Positions 54,850-63,416 are shown, numbered from the stretch's first letter. The stretch is 64,000 bases of DNA from a virus (IMGVR_UViG_3300048573_000051:15996-79995); one strand, 5' to 3'. Notes: generated from the letters alone by a model not told the origin. A program made the numbers and translations.

Positions 54850-55059
54850 ATGAACGAACGAATCGAAGAACTAATGTTTGAGGCTGGTAGGTTCGCTGAT
54901 GAAAATACCGGGAGTTCAGACCGAAGTGGTATGTGGGTATACCAATACAGTGAAAAGTTCGCCGAGTTGATTGTGCGGGAATGTGCTCGATTAGCAGATA
55001 ACTCACCTCAATATATCGACGGTCGTGAGATTTTAGAACATTTTGGAGTTAAAGAATGA
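54850..55059 (+). CDS. hypothetical protein, paralogue of 48897..49139
   Basis: Shared N- and C-terminal motifs (MNERIxEL ... EHFGV). Confidence 0.35.
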   Translation: MNERIEELMFEAGRFADENTGSSDRSGMWVYQYSEKFAELIVRECARLADNSPQYIDGREILEHFGVKE

Positions 55060-55241
55060 CTACTGTAACAAAAGACACTCTAATCTATGGTGGTAAGTAT
55101 AATTGGAAATGGCAGTCTGAAAGGTTAGAATATATAGGCAAAGAAGGTGTATGGTATCAGTTTGCATTAACTTCGAATCTTAGAAAAGTTTGGTGTGAAG
55201 TTCTTGCAGAAGACTTGAGTAGGCTTGAGGAGACAAAATGA
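55056..55241 (+). CDS. hypothetical protein
   Basis: 61-aa ORF. Confidence 0.3.
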   Translation: MTTVTKDTLIYGGKYNWKWQSERLEYIGKEGVWYQFALTSNLRKVWCEVLAEDLSRLEETK

Positions 55242-55795
55242 ACGAGCATTTTAAACAACTGCTAAAGCACCTGTTGTATTACATCATTGTACTAATTGTA
55301 GCTTCATTCTTGGTAATGGAATACCAGAACTACACTGCGATTAAACAACAAGAAGCTGCACACCGCATTGAGCAACAACGCTTTAAAGCTAAAGAAGCTA
55401 ACTGTCTAAAGAATGCTCTATGGTATGAGGCAGGTAATCAGTCGTTGCATGGTGTAATGGCTGTAGCTTCTGTGATTGACAACCGCAAGAACCACGAGAA
55501 TTACCCTGATACTTATTGTGGTGTTATTCATCAACATAAACAATTCAGTTATACCTTACTGAAGAAACCTGACGTAGAGCAGGTAATGCATAAGTTTCAA
55601 CCTATGGAAACAGTAGCATATCAAAAAGTTGAGTATGTAGCTGATGAAATGATCTACGGTAAGTTTGAGCCTGTTCTAGACCGTTCTGTGCGATTCTATG
55701 CAACACGGGCAGTTAAGAACTACTGGACAAAGACTAAGGTTGTAGCTGCACGTATTGGAGCGCATGTTTTCTATAAAGACAAAGAAAAGAAATAA
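55238..55795 (+). CDS. SleB-like cell wall hydrolase with N-terminal transmembrane anchor
   Basis: NALWYEAGNQSLHGVMAVASVIDNRKNHENYPDTYCGVIHQHKQFSY matches the SleB/Hydrolase_2 family core; N-terminal TM LLYYIIVLIVASFLVM. Confidence 0.6.
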   Translation: MNEHFKQLLKHLLYYIIVLIVASFLVMEYQNYTAIKQQEAAHRIEQQRFKAKEANCLKNALWYEAGNQSLHGVMAVASVIDNRKNHENYPDTYCGVIHQHKQFSYTLLKKPDVEQVMHKFQPMETVAYQKVEYVADEMIYGKFEPVLDRSVRFYATRAVKNYWTKTKVVAARIGAHVFYKDKEKK

Positions 55796-55803
55796 CCTTT
55801 ATT

Positions 55804-55838
55804 TCCCTGTGGGTATATCCTGCAGGGATTTTTTTATT
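55804..55838 (+). terminator. rho-independent terminator
   Basis: TCCCTG-tgggtatatc-CTGCAGGGA hairpin followed by TTTTTTTATT. Confidence 0.65.
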
Positions 55839-55881
55839 GTATAATTCACTCCAGACGTTAACTACTCAAAGGATTTCAAAC

Positions 55882-56046
55882 ATGCGAAAATTCACCGATG
55901 TACTTGAAGAGTATCTTGATCTACGTGAACAATTAAATAGTGATTACTATGATAACCGTTCGATTTGTTCCAGAAGTGATGCTCGGGAATCTATTGAAAA
56001 ACTTAAGATTGAACTTGATGAATTTTTCAAAGGTGTTGAACAATGA
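55882..56046 (+). CDS. hypothetical small protein
   Basis: Start set at the ATG at 55882, downstream of the TTGTATAAT promoter at 55837-55845. Confidence 0.3.
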   Translation: MRKFTDVLEEYLDLREQLNSDYYDNRSICSRSDARESIEKLKIELDEFFKGVEQ

Positions 56047-56348
56047 AGACATACAAATTCTACCTAGACCCTTCTCACGGTTGGCTTGCGGTTAAGATCA
56101 CTGAGCTGATGGAACTTGGTATCATCACACAGATTAGCACATACAGTTACATGCGTGGTGCTACGGCATACCTTGAAGAAGACTGCGATGCATCTTTGTT
56201 CTTTGAAGCTTATAAAGCTAAGACTGGTTACTATCCTGAACATACTTACAAGCATACAAATAACCGTAGTCCTATTCGTAACTACGATGGTTACAATGCA
56301 AATAAAGCTGTAGACTACACTTTGAGTAAACTTGGAGAAAAGAAATGA
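56043..56348 (+). CDS. hypothetical protein
   Basis: 101-aa ORF. Confidence 0.3.
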   Translation: MKTYKFYLDPSHGWLAVKITELMELGIITQISTYSYMRGATAYLEEDCDASLFFEAYKAKTGYYPEHTYKHTNNRSPIRNYDGYNANKAVDYTLSKLGEKK

Positions 56349-56505
56349 AAGTCTGGATCGGATATGATGTCTATTACGATTACTGTAATGAGTGGCGCTC
56401 GGCAGTCAAGGTATTCGATGAGGAAGTCAAAGCCTTAATTTGGAAAGCAGAATTTGAAGCTACATCCCTTGAATGGCGAACTTATGAACAATTTGAGGTA
56501 GAATA

Positions 56506-56769
56506 ATGAACAAAAATATGACGCTGACTGACCTTGCGAATCTACTTAACTACATTCACATGTATCATTCACCATTAGCTGCACGTTCAGGACGCAGGGT
56601 AGTAAAGTACGTAGACCCGCACATTGACATGCGTGACGGTATGTGCTTTAGTATTATGTTTCGTACATATGGCGGTGAATTCAGCTTTTATACGACAAAT
56701 GAAGAGCGCGATAACCCTGAAAATTTGTTCACACGTTGTATGCTTTGGTTAAATTCTGATACAATCTAA
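56506..56769 (+). CDS. hypothetical protein
   Basis: 87-aa ORF; an unlisted 54-codon ORF at 56345..56508 precedes it. Confidence 0.3.
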   Translation: MNKNMTLTDLANLLNYIHMYHSPLAARSGRRVVKYVDPHIDMRDGMCFSIMFRTYGGEFSFYTTNEERDNPENLFTRCMLWLNSDTI

Positions 56770-56791
56770 GCTTCAACAACCGGAGAATCTT

Positions 56792-57049
56792 ATGATGACA
56801 TTTCGAGAACTCAACATTGGAGAATTCCAAGAGTGCGACTACGAGCATTACTTCACCTACCGTAAGACTGATAACCTATGGGCTATTGAACATGGTTTCA
56901 TGCATGAAGTTGACGTAGGAGATTGTCAGGTACGCTTTGCACGAGTGCTTAAAACTGTAGCTTATATCTGCACAGATGAAGATGCTGAGTGCAAACCTGT
57001 GTATGAAATCTGGAAGATTAAGAAACACAATTTGTATAACAAGGAGTAA
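56792..57049 (+). CDS. hypothetical protein
   Basis: 85-aa ORF downstream of the TGATACAAT promoter/leader element. Confidence 0.3.
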   Translation: MMTFRELNIGEFQECDYEHYFTYRKTDNLWAIEHGFMHEVDVGDCQVRFARVLKTVAYICTDEDAECKPVYEIWKIKKHNLYNKE

Positions 57050-57151
57050 TATGCTTGCTTTATTCGGATGGTTTGTTTGTATGGTTTTAGATGCCCCTTG
57101 GTGGTTATTTGTAATCGGATTTTTGTGCTTAATTATTGATTCAAACGGAGG

Positions 57152-57484
57152 TTGGAAATGAACAAAACTAAAGTAATAGTCAAACGTGTTTTTATTGGTA
57201 TTGGTTGGTTTAATGGTAAAACAATCCAAGAAGTTAAAGAACACCTTGATCTGATTAGTAATAATCACATCGACATGCTCTACCAAGGTTGTACTGCTAA
57301 ATTTGAAATAGATTTCAATACTTTTGATGATCAACCTGATCTTTATCTTGTCTTTGATCGAATGGAGACAGATAAAGAATACCAATTCAGAATGGAGACT
57401 CGTAGTAAAGAAATCCAAAGAGCTATGGATAGAAAGTACGAAGAATATCTGAAGCTAAAAGAAGAGTTCGATAAGTCTGAGTAA
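57152..57484 (+). CDS. hypothetical protein
   Basis: 110-aa ORF; preceded by an unlisted 36-codon TM peptide ORF at 57050..57160. Confidence 0.3.
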   Translation: MEMNKTKVIVKRVFIGIGWFNGKTIQEVKEHLDLISNNHIDMLYQGCTAKFEIDFNTFDDQPDLYLVFDRMETDKEYQFRMETRSKEIQRAMDRKYEEYLKLKEEFDKSE

Positions 57485-57556
57485 AGTGTAGGGTTATTCT
57501 CAAAGCTTAAAAATCTCTGCTACAATCTTTGCATACCAACACACAATGGAGTTTAT

Positions 57557-58000
57557 ATGAAGACAATCCAATCTTTTACTCGTGGTGCTACTGCAGGTGG
57601 TCTGGAGAACAACGACTGCACAGTTCGTGCATTGGCTAACGCAGGTGGCATTGATTATGCAGACGCTCATATCCTGCTGAAAAAGCACGGACGTAAAAAT
57701 CACTGCGGTGCAACGTTCAGTACAATGCACAAAGCTTACGATGAAGCTGGTTTTGTACTTAACTCTGTGCATGGTACTACAGGTCAAGCTCGTTATGTAG
57801 CACGTATTACCAAACGTGAAGCTCAAGAAGGTATTACACTGGCTAAGATGCTGCCTAAGCTTGCCTTTGGTGAATACATTGTTAACGTCACTGGTCACGC
57901 TGTGGCTGTAGTTAACGGTAAGGTCATTGATACTTTTAATAATCCTGCAGGTAAACGAGTCATTGCAGTGTTTAAAAAAGTTGAAAAGTTTGGCGAATAA
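57557..58000 (+). CDS. hypothetical protein with possible Cys/His hydrolase-like motifs
   Basis: 147 aa; ENNDCTVRALA (Cys) and TGHAVAVVNGKVID (His) in the order of papain-like/CHAP-type folds; weak. Confidence 0.25.
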   Translation: MKTIQSFTRGATAGGLENNDCTVRALANAGGIDYADAHILLKKHGRKNHCGATFSTMHKAYDEAGFVLNSVHGTTGQARYVARITKREAQEGITLAKMLPKLAFGEYIVNVTGHAVAVVNGKVIDTFNNPAGKRVIAVFKKVEKFGE

Positions 58001-58051
58001 CTCAAAATCTACTGTATAATCTAATCTTCTAAACCTTGAAAGGAAATCAAC

Positions 58052-58318
58052 ATGTCTTCTTCTAAATTTCTCGCTTCTTTGATTGACCAGTCCAATGGTA
58101 AAATGATCACCGTAAGCTTTGTAAAGAAAGACGGTTCAACTCGTGTTCTCAATGGTCGCCTTGGTGTTAAAAAGTACATTAAAGGTTCAACCCTTAACAA
58201 AACCTCCAATGCATACATTACAGTGTATGATGTGCAAAATAAAGGATATCGCAGCGTAAGTCGTGATACAATTGTTGCTGTACGTTGCAACGGCGTTGAA
58301 GCTGTAGCTGTACAATAA
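58052..58318 (+). CDS. hypothetical protein
   Basis: 88-aa ORF with a GAAAGGAAAT RBS. Confidence 0.3.
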   Translation: MSSSKFLASLIDQSNGKMITVSFVKKDGSTRVLNGRLGVKKYIKGSTLNKTSNAYITVYDVQNKGYRSVSRDTIVAVRCNGVEAVAVQ

Positions 58319-58341
58319 TTTAGCAATTCAAAAGGAATACC

Positions 58342-58974
58342 ATGTCTTATCCTTATCCTGACCCTCTTACACAAGAACAGCGTATTGACCTGAAAGAAAA
58401 GCTGCAGCTTATTGCTGAGTGGTATTTCACAGAAGAAAAACCTGTACAAACCAGTTGTGGTATTTGTAATGCGTTGTCTACTACGTTTGACGACAGCAGT
58501 TATTACGAAAAAATGGAATCATTGCTTTGGGAACTATACGGTGATTTGCATTTAGCATCCTATACAGATTCTTACGAAGAGTGGGAAGATCGTGCATACA
58601 TGTGTTTGTTTTTGGTGGAATACCTTGACACTACTATTGATTTGAAGAGCAGTGAAATCTTGCGTAAGGCTTCTGTTTTGCTTGTAGATAGTCTATATGA
58701 TTACGATATAGATGATTGGAGTTGCTATATTTGTGATTGTATTCGTATAATCGAACGCGATATAGGTTCTACAGTGTCTACTATGGCAAAAGGTAGACAG
58801 CTTCGACAACATATTTCAGAAATGCTCGGAGGAGACTTTAGCCTTGGAAATTGGCTTGTCAATAACGGACATGCAACTTTGCAAGAAATCCGAGATCACC
58901 CGCAAAAGATGCAGCAAACACGGTATAATATGCTTAGTTCAATGATTGAATACTACGAATCTAAAGGAGATTGA
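58342..58974 (+). CDS. hypothetical acidic protein
   Basis: 210-aa ORF. Confidence 0.35.
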   Translation: MSYPYPDPLTQEQRIDLKEKLQLIAEWYFTEEKPVQTSCGICNALSTTFDDSSYYEKMESLLWELYGDLHLASYTDSYEEWEDRAYMCLFLVEYLDTTIDLKSSEILRKASVLLVDSLYDYDIDDWSCYICDCIRIIERDIGSTVSTMAKGRQLRQHISEMLGGDFSLGNWLVNNGHATLQEIRDHPQKMQQTRYNMLSSMIEYYESKGD

Positions 58975-59217
58975 TATGAAAAATTATACTATCGCTGACA
59001 TCTTGCATCATGCTGCTACAATGGCAGAAGAACAAGGTGTATAATATGCAAAGATTTATCACAGAATATGTAGTGCGTATTCTTGTTGCAGATTTACCAC
59101 AGGAGTATCACTACTACAGTCAAACGCAAGTTGTAAAGATTTTAAAAAATCTACGTCAGCTTAAGAAACCGTATGTATATGAAGTTCATGTACATGAATT
59201 ACATTAAGGAGAATATC

Positions 59218-59439
59218 ATGCAAGTCCAAATTAAAGAGATCGAACAAGAGAAAGTGTTTAAGCCGGTAATGGTAGCTTTAAACTTTGAAAATAAAGCAGA
59301 TTTTGATATGTTTTTTCATATGGTCAGCTACAATGAAAGTATTCCCGAACTGGTTGCAAAAGGTTCACCAAAAGATTATAATCATTGTCAAAAACTCTTG
59401 ACAGCTATCCACAAATCAATGCGAGAATATCTTGACTAA
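59218..59439 (+). CDS. hypothetical protein
   Basis: 73-aa ORF with a TAAGGAGAAT RBS (start at 59218); an unlisted 53-codon ORF at 59047..59207 precedes it. Confidence 0.3.
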   Translation: MQVQIKEIEQEKVFKPVMVALNFENKADFDMFFHMVSYNESIPELVAKGSPKDYNHCQKLLTAIHKSMREYLD

Positions 59440-59706
59440 GAAGCTTAAGAAACTAAAGATTAAACAAAGGAATCATCTTGTAGCTATCGTCATGCGTAAA
59501 GCTGTACAAAAGCACAAAGATAAAAAGCGCGAACTTAAAAACAAAGGATATGACGATGAAAATGTTTCATGTAGTTTTGGCTGTAATGTATGGTGTTAAT
59601 ATTGGTATCCAGATTATGACAGGAAATGTAGCAGGTATTTGTGGATGGCTTGCTGCATTGATTGCACAGATTCAAATTATCAATTCAGATTGGGAGTAAA
59701 AAAAAC

Positions 59707-59922
59707 ATGCTAACACAAGAAGCACTAGACGAACTGAACTATCTACTATTGATCAAAACGGTTGAGTTGATCGATAAAGCTGCAGCAGAGTATATGCAAG
59801 GCCCAATGCGAGAGATTGAAGGCTTTGAACCTTCTGGTGATCTTTGGGGTGTAGTCATTTGGGAGTACACAAAGCAAGGCACAGATTATTGGTTTGATAT
59901 TGCAGGTAAGATTGGTCAGTGA
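59707..59922 (+). CDS. hypothetical protein
   Basis: Start at the ATG at 59707; an unlisted 48-codon TM peptide ORF at 59554..59700 precedes it. Confidence 0.3.
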   Translation: MLTQEALDELNYLLLIKTVELIDKAAAEYMQGPMREIEGFEPSGDLWGVVIWEYTKQGTDYWFDIAGKIGQ

Positions 59923-59931
59923 TCAAAAATC

Positions 59932-59958
59932 TGTGATACAATAGAGGCTTCAACAACT
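59932..59958 (+). promoter_or_regulatory. conserved promoter/leader element copy 1 (TGTGATACAATAGAGGCTTCAACAACT)
   Basis: Extended -10 TGATACAAT followed by GGCTTCAACAAC; identical 27-mer at 60159..60185; related copies at 56757..56780 and 46570..46590. Confidence 0.5.
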
Positions 59959-59968
59959 GGAGTAAAGA

Positions 59969-60163
59969 ATGAACGATTTCACAGTCGAAATGCTGGCGCT
60001 GCTTAAAAAGTACAATGTCACTATCAGTTGGGGTTGCCATTCCTCTTCTGATTTGCATGGTGTTCATGGTGAGTACATGGAAGCTGTAGATCGAGAAGGT
60101 AAAGTCGTAATGTATCTTGATGGAAATAGCATCAGCACTTACGAAATCAACGATCAATTGTGA
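59969..60163 (+). CDS. hypothetical protein
   Basis: 64-aa ORF downstream of element copy 1. Confidence 0.3.
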   Translation: MNDFTVEMLALLKKYNVTISWGCHSSSDLHGVHGEYMEAVDREGKVVMYLDGNSISTYEINDQL

Positions 60164-60185
60164 TACAATAGAGGCTTCAACAACT
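60159..60185 (+). promoter_or_regulatory. conserved promoter/leader element copy 2 (identical 27-mer)
   Basis: Exact repeat of 59932..59958. Confidence 0.5.
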
Positions 60186-60365
60186 AAAAGACTAACATGA
60201 AATATTATCTGATCTATCTGCAATCTGGTACAGTGATTGATATCTGTTCATATGATGACCAAGAAACTCGTGATACAGTGTACCGTTCATGGGTCTATCG
60301 TGATCAAAACGTCTGTAATGATTCAGTGTTTGATCAACTACAATGCTTTAATCAGGTGGTATAAT

Positions 60366-60551
60366 ATGATGGACAACTTTAACGATTTCATTAAACTGCA
60401 TGCTATTTGTAAGTATTTGCAAAGCTTTGGTTATAAAGCTATGGTACACGACAACAGCATGTCTGTGCATTTGAAAGAAGATGCTACAATCCTTGTGCTT
60501 ACTACATGGGAAGCTGCAAGAGAATTTATCAAAGTTCGTTCACAAGATTGA
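60366..60551 (+). CDS. hypothetical protein
   Basis: Start at the ATG at 60366; an unlisted 55-codon ORF at 60198..60365 precedes it. Confidence 0.3.
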   Translation: MMDNFNDFIKLHAICKYLQSFGYKAMVHDNSMSVHLKEDATILVLTTWEAAREFIKVRSQD

Positions 60552-60591
60552 ATTTAGGTTATAATTCAGTCATAGCAACACTGGAGTATTT

Positions 60592-60822
60592 ATGAGCAAT
60601 CTTCGCCTTCAATATGAAATCCAACTTGATACAGCAATTCGAACTGCACGGTTTAAACTTATTGAGTTGGACCTTGTTATGGTTACACACCCTATCCGCG
60701 AAACTCGCATTAGTATCTTGGGCAATGCAATTAGTCGTGCAATGTTTGAAGTATGGAAACAAAAAGGTAGCAACGTAAGAAAATTGTGCGTTGTTGATAA
60801 AACGGGTAAAGTTGTGGTATAA
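60592..60822 (+). CDS. hypothetical protein
   Basis: 76-aa ORF downstream of a GGTTATAAT promoter. Confidence 0.3.
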   Translation: MSNLRLQYEIQLDTAIRTARFKLIELDLVMVTHPIRETRISILGNAISRAMFEVWKQKGSNVRKLCVVDKTGKVVV

Positions 60823-60853
60823 TTAACCTACAGTAACAAAACAGGAGTTTCAA

Positions 60854-61264
60854 ATGCAAGTTAAAACAAATAAACTGACAGGAGCTGCACTTGATTGGGC
60901 GGTGGCGATAGCTGAAGGGTTCAAGCCTACGCAGTTGTATATCAGCAAGTATCCACATTCTCCGGCTTCAATCTATACACTCACCTTTGACGATGACGGC
61001 AAACCAGACGGGTATATGACTGGACCCAATAGGCTATATAGCCGCAAATGGGAAGCTGGCGGGCCGATCATTGAGCGTACATGCGCTTCTTTGTTTGTTG
61101 ACCAAAAACATGCCGCTTATGAAGGTCACCCGGAAGAATTTTGGTTTTGTGAGATTGCTGAAGGGGGTTTGTGGTTTGGCCCCACACCTCTAATTGCCGC
61201 TATGCGGTGCTACGTAGCAAATAAATTTGGAGATATCGTAGAAATTCCTGAAGAACTTGTATAA
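60854..61264 (+). CDS. hypothetical protein
   Basis: 136-aa ORF with an AACAGGAG RBS; N-terminal LTGAALDWAVAIAEG motif. Confidence 0.35.
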   Translation: MQVKTNKLTGAALDWAVAIAEGFKPTQLYISKYPHSPASIYTLTFDDDGKPDGYMTGPNRLYSRKWEAGGPIIERTCASLFVDQKHAAYEGHPEEFWFCEIAEGGLWFGPTPLIAAMRCYVANKFGDIVEIPEELV

Positions 61265-61306
61265 GTCTGCTATAATCTAATCATCGTAAACAAACAGGAG
61301 TTTCAA

Positions 61307-61729
61307 ATGGCATACGTTACACAAGAAGTTATCAACAAGGCTCGTGCTGCACTTAAAGCACTCAACAAAGAATACGGTGTAAAAGCTACATTTAGTGGGA
61401 AAGGTGATAGCACCTTGTATTTGACTATTGCAGAGGGTAAAATTGATTTCATCGCTAATTATTGCGAGAATGTAGCAGCTAAACGTATCCAGCATGATAC
61501 TCAGCAGGTTATTGATTGGGTTACAAAAGAACAGCATGCCTGTGTTAATCAGTATTATCTGGATAGCTCATTCTCAGGTATTGCACTGGAATATCTGGAG
61601 AAAGCTAAAGCTATCATGTATGCTGATCATTGGGATAAATCTGATATTCAGACCGACTACTTTAATTGCGCTTATTATGTAAATATTAATGTAGGTCGTT
61701 GGAATAAACCATATAAACTTGTCAAATAA
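61307..61729 (+). CDS. hypothetical protein
   Basis: 140-aa ORF with an AACAGGAG RBS and a TGCTATAAT promoter at 61268-61276. Confidence 0.35.
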   Translation: MAYVTQEVINKARAALKALNKEYGVKATFSGKGDSTLYLTIAEGKIDFIANYCENVAAKRIQHDTQQVIDWVTKEQHACVNQYYLDSSFSGIALEYLEKAKAIMYADHWDKSDIQTDYFNCAYYVNINVGRWNKPYKLVK

Positions 61730-61745
61730 CTTTAAGGAGAATTAA

Positions 61746-61994
61746 ATGAAAACTAACCACACATTTACTACACAAACCGTAACTAAAGAGCTTCCTGCAC
61801 TTCAAATCACATTGTCTGTTGAAGATGCACAAGCACTACGGGCATTAGGAGCTACATCACAATATGATCGTTGTGAGATGCTGGCTGCTAGTGATCCAAC
61901 TAATCACTATGAACATCATGATTTGTGTGCCCGGTTGCTTGGTAATCTTTTTCTTGCAGCAGATTATTTCTTGCAAGAACAAGGTTTACGTTAA
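61746..61994 (+). CDS. hypothetical protein
   Basis: 82-aa ORF with a TAAGGAGAAT RBS; last gene before a strong terminator. Confidence 0.35.
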   Translation: MKTNHTFTTQTVTKELPALQITLSVEDAQALRALGATSQYDRCEMLAASDPTNHYEHHDLCARLLGNLFLAADYFLQEQGLR

Positions 61995-62004
61995 AAATCC
62001 ATGT

Positions 62005-62047
62005 ACCCATTACGGTTTCAAAAAGCCGTGATGGGTTATTTTTATTT
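62005..62047 (+). terminator. strong rho-independent terminator ending the + strand early/middle region
   Basis: ACCCATTACGG ... CCGTGATGGGT 11-bp stem followed by TATTTTTATTT. Confidence 0.65.
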
Positions 62048-62143
62048 GAAAAAGCCGTTTGCCTAAATTTTTTGAAAAGCCGCTTACCTATTTGCGAAAT
62101 GAAGACGGCTAAATGTAATAAGGGTGGCGAATATCCGTCAATC

Positions 62144-62215
62144 CTTATATAAGCATATAAGCATATAAGCATATAAGCATATAAGCATATAAGCATATAA
62201 GCATATAAGCATATA
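62144..62215. repeat. 9 tandem copies of the octamer GCATATAA (AT-rich unwinding-element-like)
   Basis: Exact 8-bp periodicity over 72 bp. Confidence 0.9.
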
Positions 62216-62283
62216 AGCATATTCAACTATCACGCAAACCTTACAAGAATCTTACAGTGTAGCGTAAAAACAACACGGCAAAG

Positions 62284-62412
62284 TTATCCACAGGTTATCA
62301 ACAGGTTATACATTATCCACAGGTGGGCAAGTATCATGCCTGAGTTATCCACAGGTTATCAGTCTTATATAAGAGTCAAATTGTGGATAAGTAGCACTAC
62401 TGGTGTGGATAA
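62284..62412. promoter_or_regulatory. cluster of six consensus DnaA boxes (4x TTATCCACA forward, 2x TGTGGATAA reverse) plus degenerate boxes
   Basis: TTATCCACA at 62284, 62313, 62345; TTATCAACA at 62295; TGTGGATAA at 62382 and 62404; the 12-mer GTTATCCACAGG occurs 3 times. Confidence 0.7.
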
Positions 62413-62935
62413 CTATTTTGCATGGGGTAGTAGCTTGGACGATGAAAACGGCTCAAAACGCGTTTAAACGCTTGGCATGATTTTTGATTGGCATGAATTT
62501 TGCTACGTGTGCGCGTGCGCGTTATTTATAAGATAGTAAAATGAACACTAAATTCTACTTAGGGTTTATCCTATAAAAATAATTTGAGCATGGCACAAAA
62601 ACCGGGTTTTATGTCATACAATAGAGCCATGCCAAGCAATAACGCAAGGCAACAAACGAAAGCCCGAAAATGTTTAAACTTGAAAATGTAATCGCAGTTG
62701 TTCTTTTTGCACCACTTACCGCCTATACGGTTGTTCTTTTTTGCGTGCAGTTTAAGATCATCTAAGGAAATCAACGTGAAAAACGATGCAATTCTGATCA
62801 CAATCAACGTCATTCTTTGGGTCATAATCTGCCCACTTGTCGCCCATTTGTTCTAAATTGTCAGTCTATAAGCCCGTTAAATGTCGGGCTTATAGGCGGG
62901 TAATTTCACCCGGTCTTCCACAATGGATTTTTATC

Positions 62936-63172
62936 ATGCAAAATACCCTATTCACCTCGACTAAATTTGTCACACTGCAACAACTGGAGAACAACCCGCC
63001 GAAAGTGGGCCAGTGGGTTTTGATCGATGGCGCTACCCGTGGGCAATATCTGGGCAGAACCCGTGCAGGGGTTGTTGTGATGCGCTATCAAAATGGGAAA
63101 TTCGGTAGCAAAGCCGATACTGAATCTAATCATTATCTGAGGCAGTTTGCCAAAGTTAACGGCGCAAAATAA
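62936..63172 (+). CDS. hypothetical protein (about 50% GC, compositionally distinct)
   Basis: Start chosen at the ATG at 62936 (MQNTLFTSTK...), inside track ORF 62837..63172; codon usage differs from the phage body. Confidence 0.35.
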   Translation: MQNTLFTSTKFVTLQQLENNPPKVGQWVLIDGATRGQYLGRTRAGVVVMRYQNGKFGSKADTESNHYLRQFAKVNGAK

Positions 63173-63199
63173 ATTAACGATTAACCCGAGATTATCATT

Positions 63200-63412
63200 A
63201 TGTCAAAATTTAAATCAAACCCTCGAATCATCGTCACAGTGTCAGATAATGGCGTTTCTTGTAAGGGCGTTTATATTGACTCGAAAGAAAGCACATATTC
63301 ATTTAATCGGACATTTACTGAAGAAAATCAAGCGTTAGATTATCTCAATAATATGCGAGAGAATAACGCTGAATTTTCGATTCAAGTAAACCGCATTAAC
63401 TGGAAGGCATAA
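63200..63412 (+). CDS. hypothetical protein
   Basis: 70-aa ORF. Confidence 0.3.
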   Translation: MSKFKSNPRIIVTVSDNGVSCKGVYIDSKESTYSFNRTFTEENQALDYLNNMRENNAEFSIQVNRINWKA

Positions 63413-63416
63413 CATC

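Noticed and set aside
54593-55006. Minus-strand 137-aa ORF
   Set aside because: Antisense to three + strand genes and the terminator at 54452; no RBS.
56876-57898. Minus-strand ORFs 56876..57418 (180 aa) and 57500..57898 (132 aa)
   Set aside because: They oppose a run of well-formed + strand genes with promoters and RBSs. The composition is Cys/Phe/Ile-rich as expected from antisense of AT-rich coding DNA.
58021-58449. Minus-strand 142-aa ORF
   Set aside because: Antisense to two + strand genes with clear RBSs; no upstream promoter or RBS.
59855-60223. Minus-strand 122-aa ORF spanning both copies of the 27-bp promoter element
   Set aside because: It would read through the repeated promoter/leader elements and two + strand genes; antisense artefact.
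61900-62226. Minus-strand 108-aa ORF containing MLICLYAY repeats
   Set aside because: The repeating peptide is just the translation of the GCATATAA octamer array and reads through the terminator; not a gene.
62150-62420. Possibility that the repeats are a CRISPR array
   Set aside because: The repeats are 8 bp tandem with no spacers, and the 9-bp DnaA boxes are irregularly spaced in both orientations; there is no repeat-spacer architecture and no cas genes.
62571-62825. Minus-strand 84-aa ORF in the post-origin region
   Set aside because: Low-complexity hydrophobic translation without an RBS. The region more plausibly holds short + strand peptide ORFs; kept only as a note under findings.
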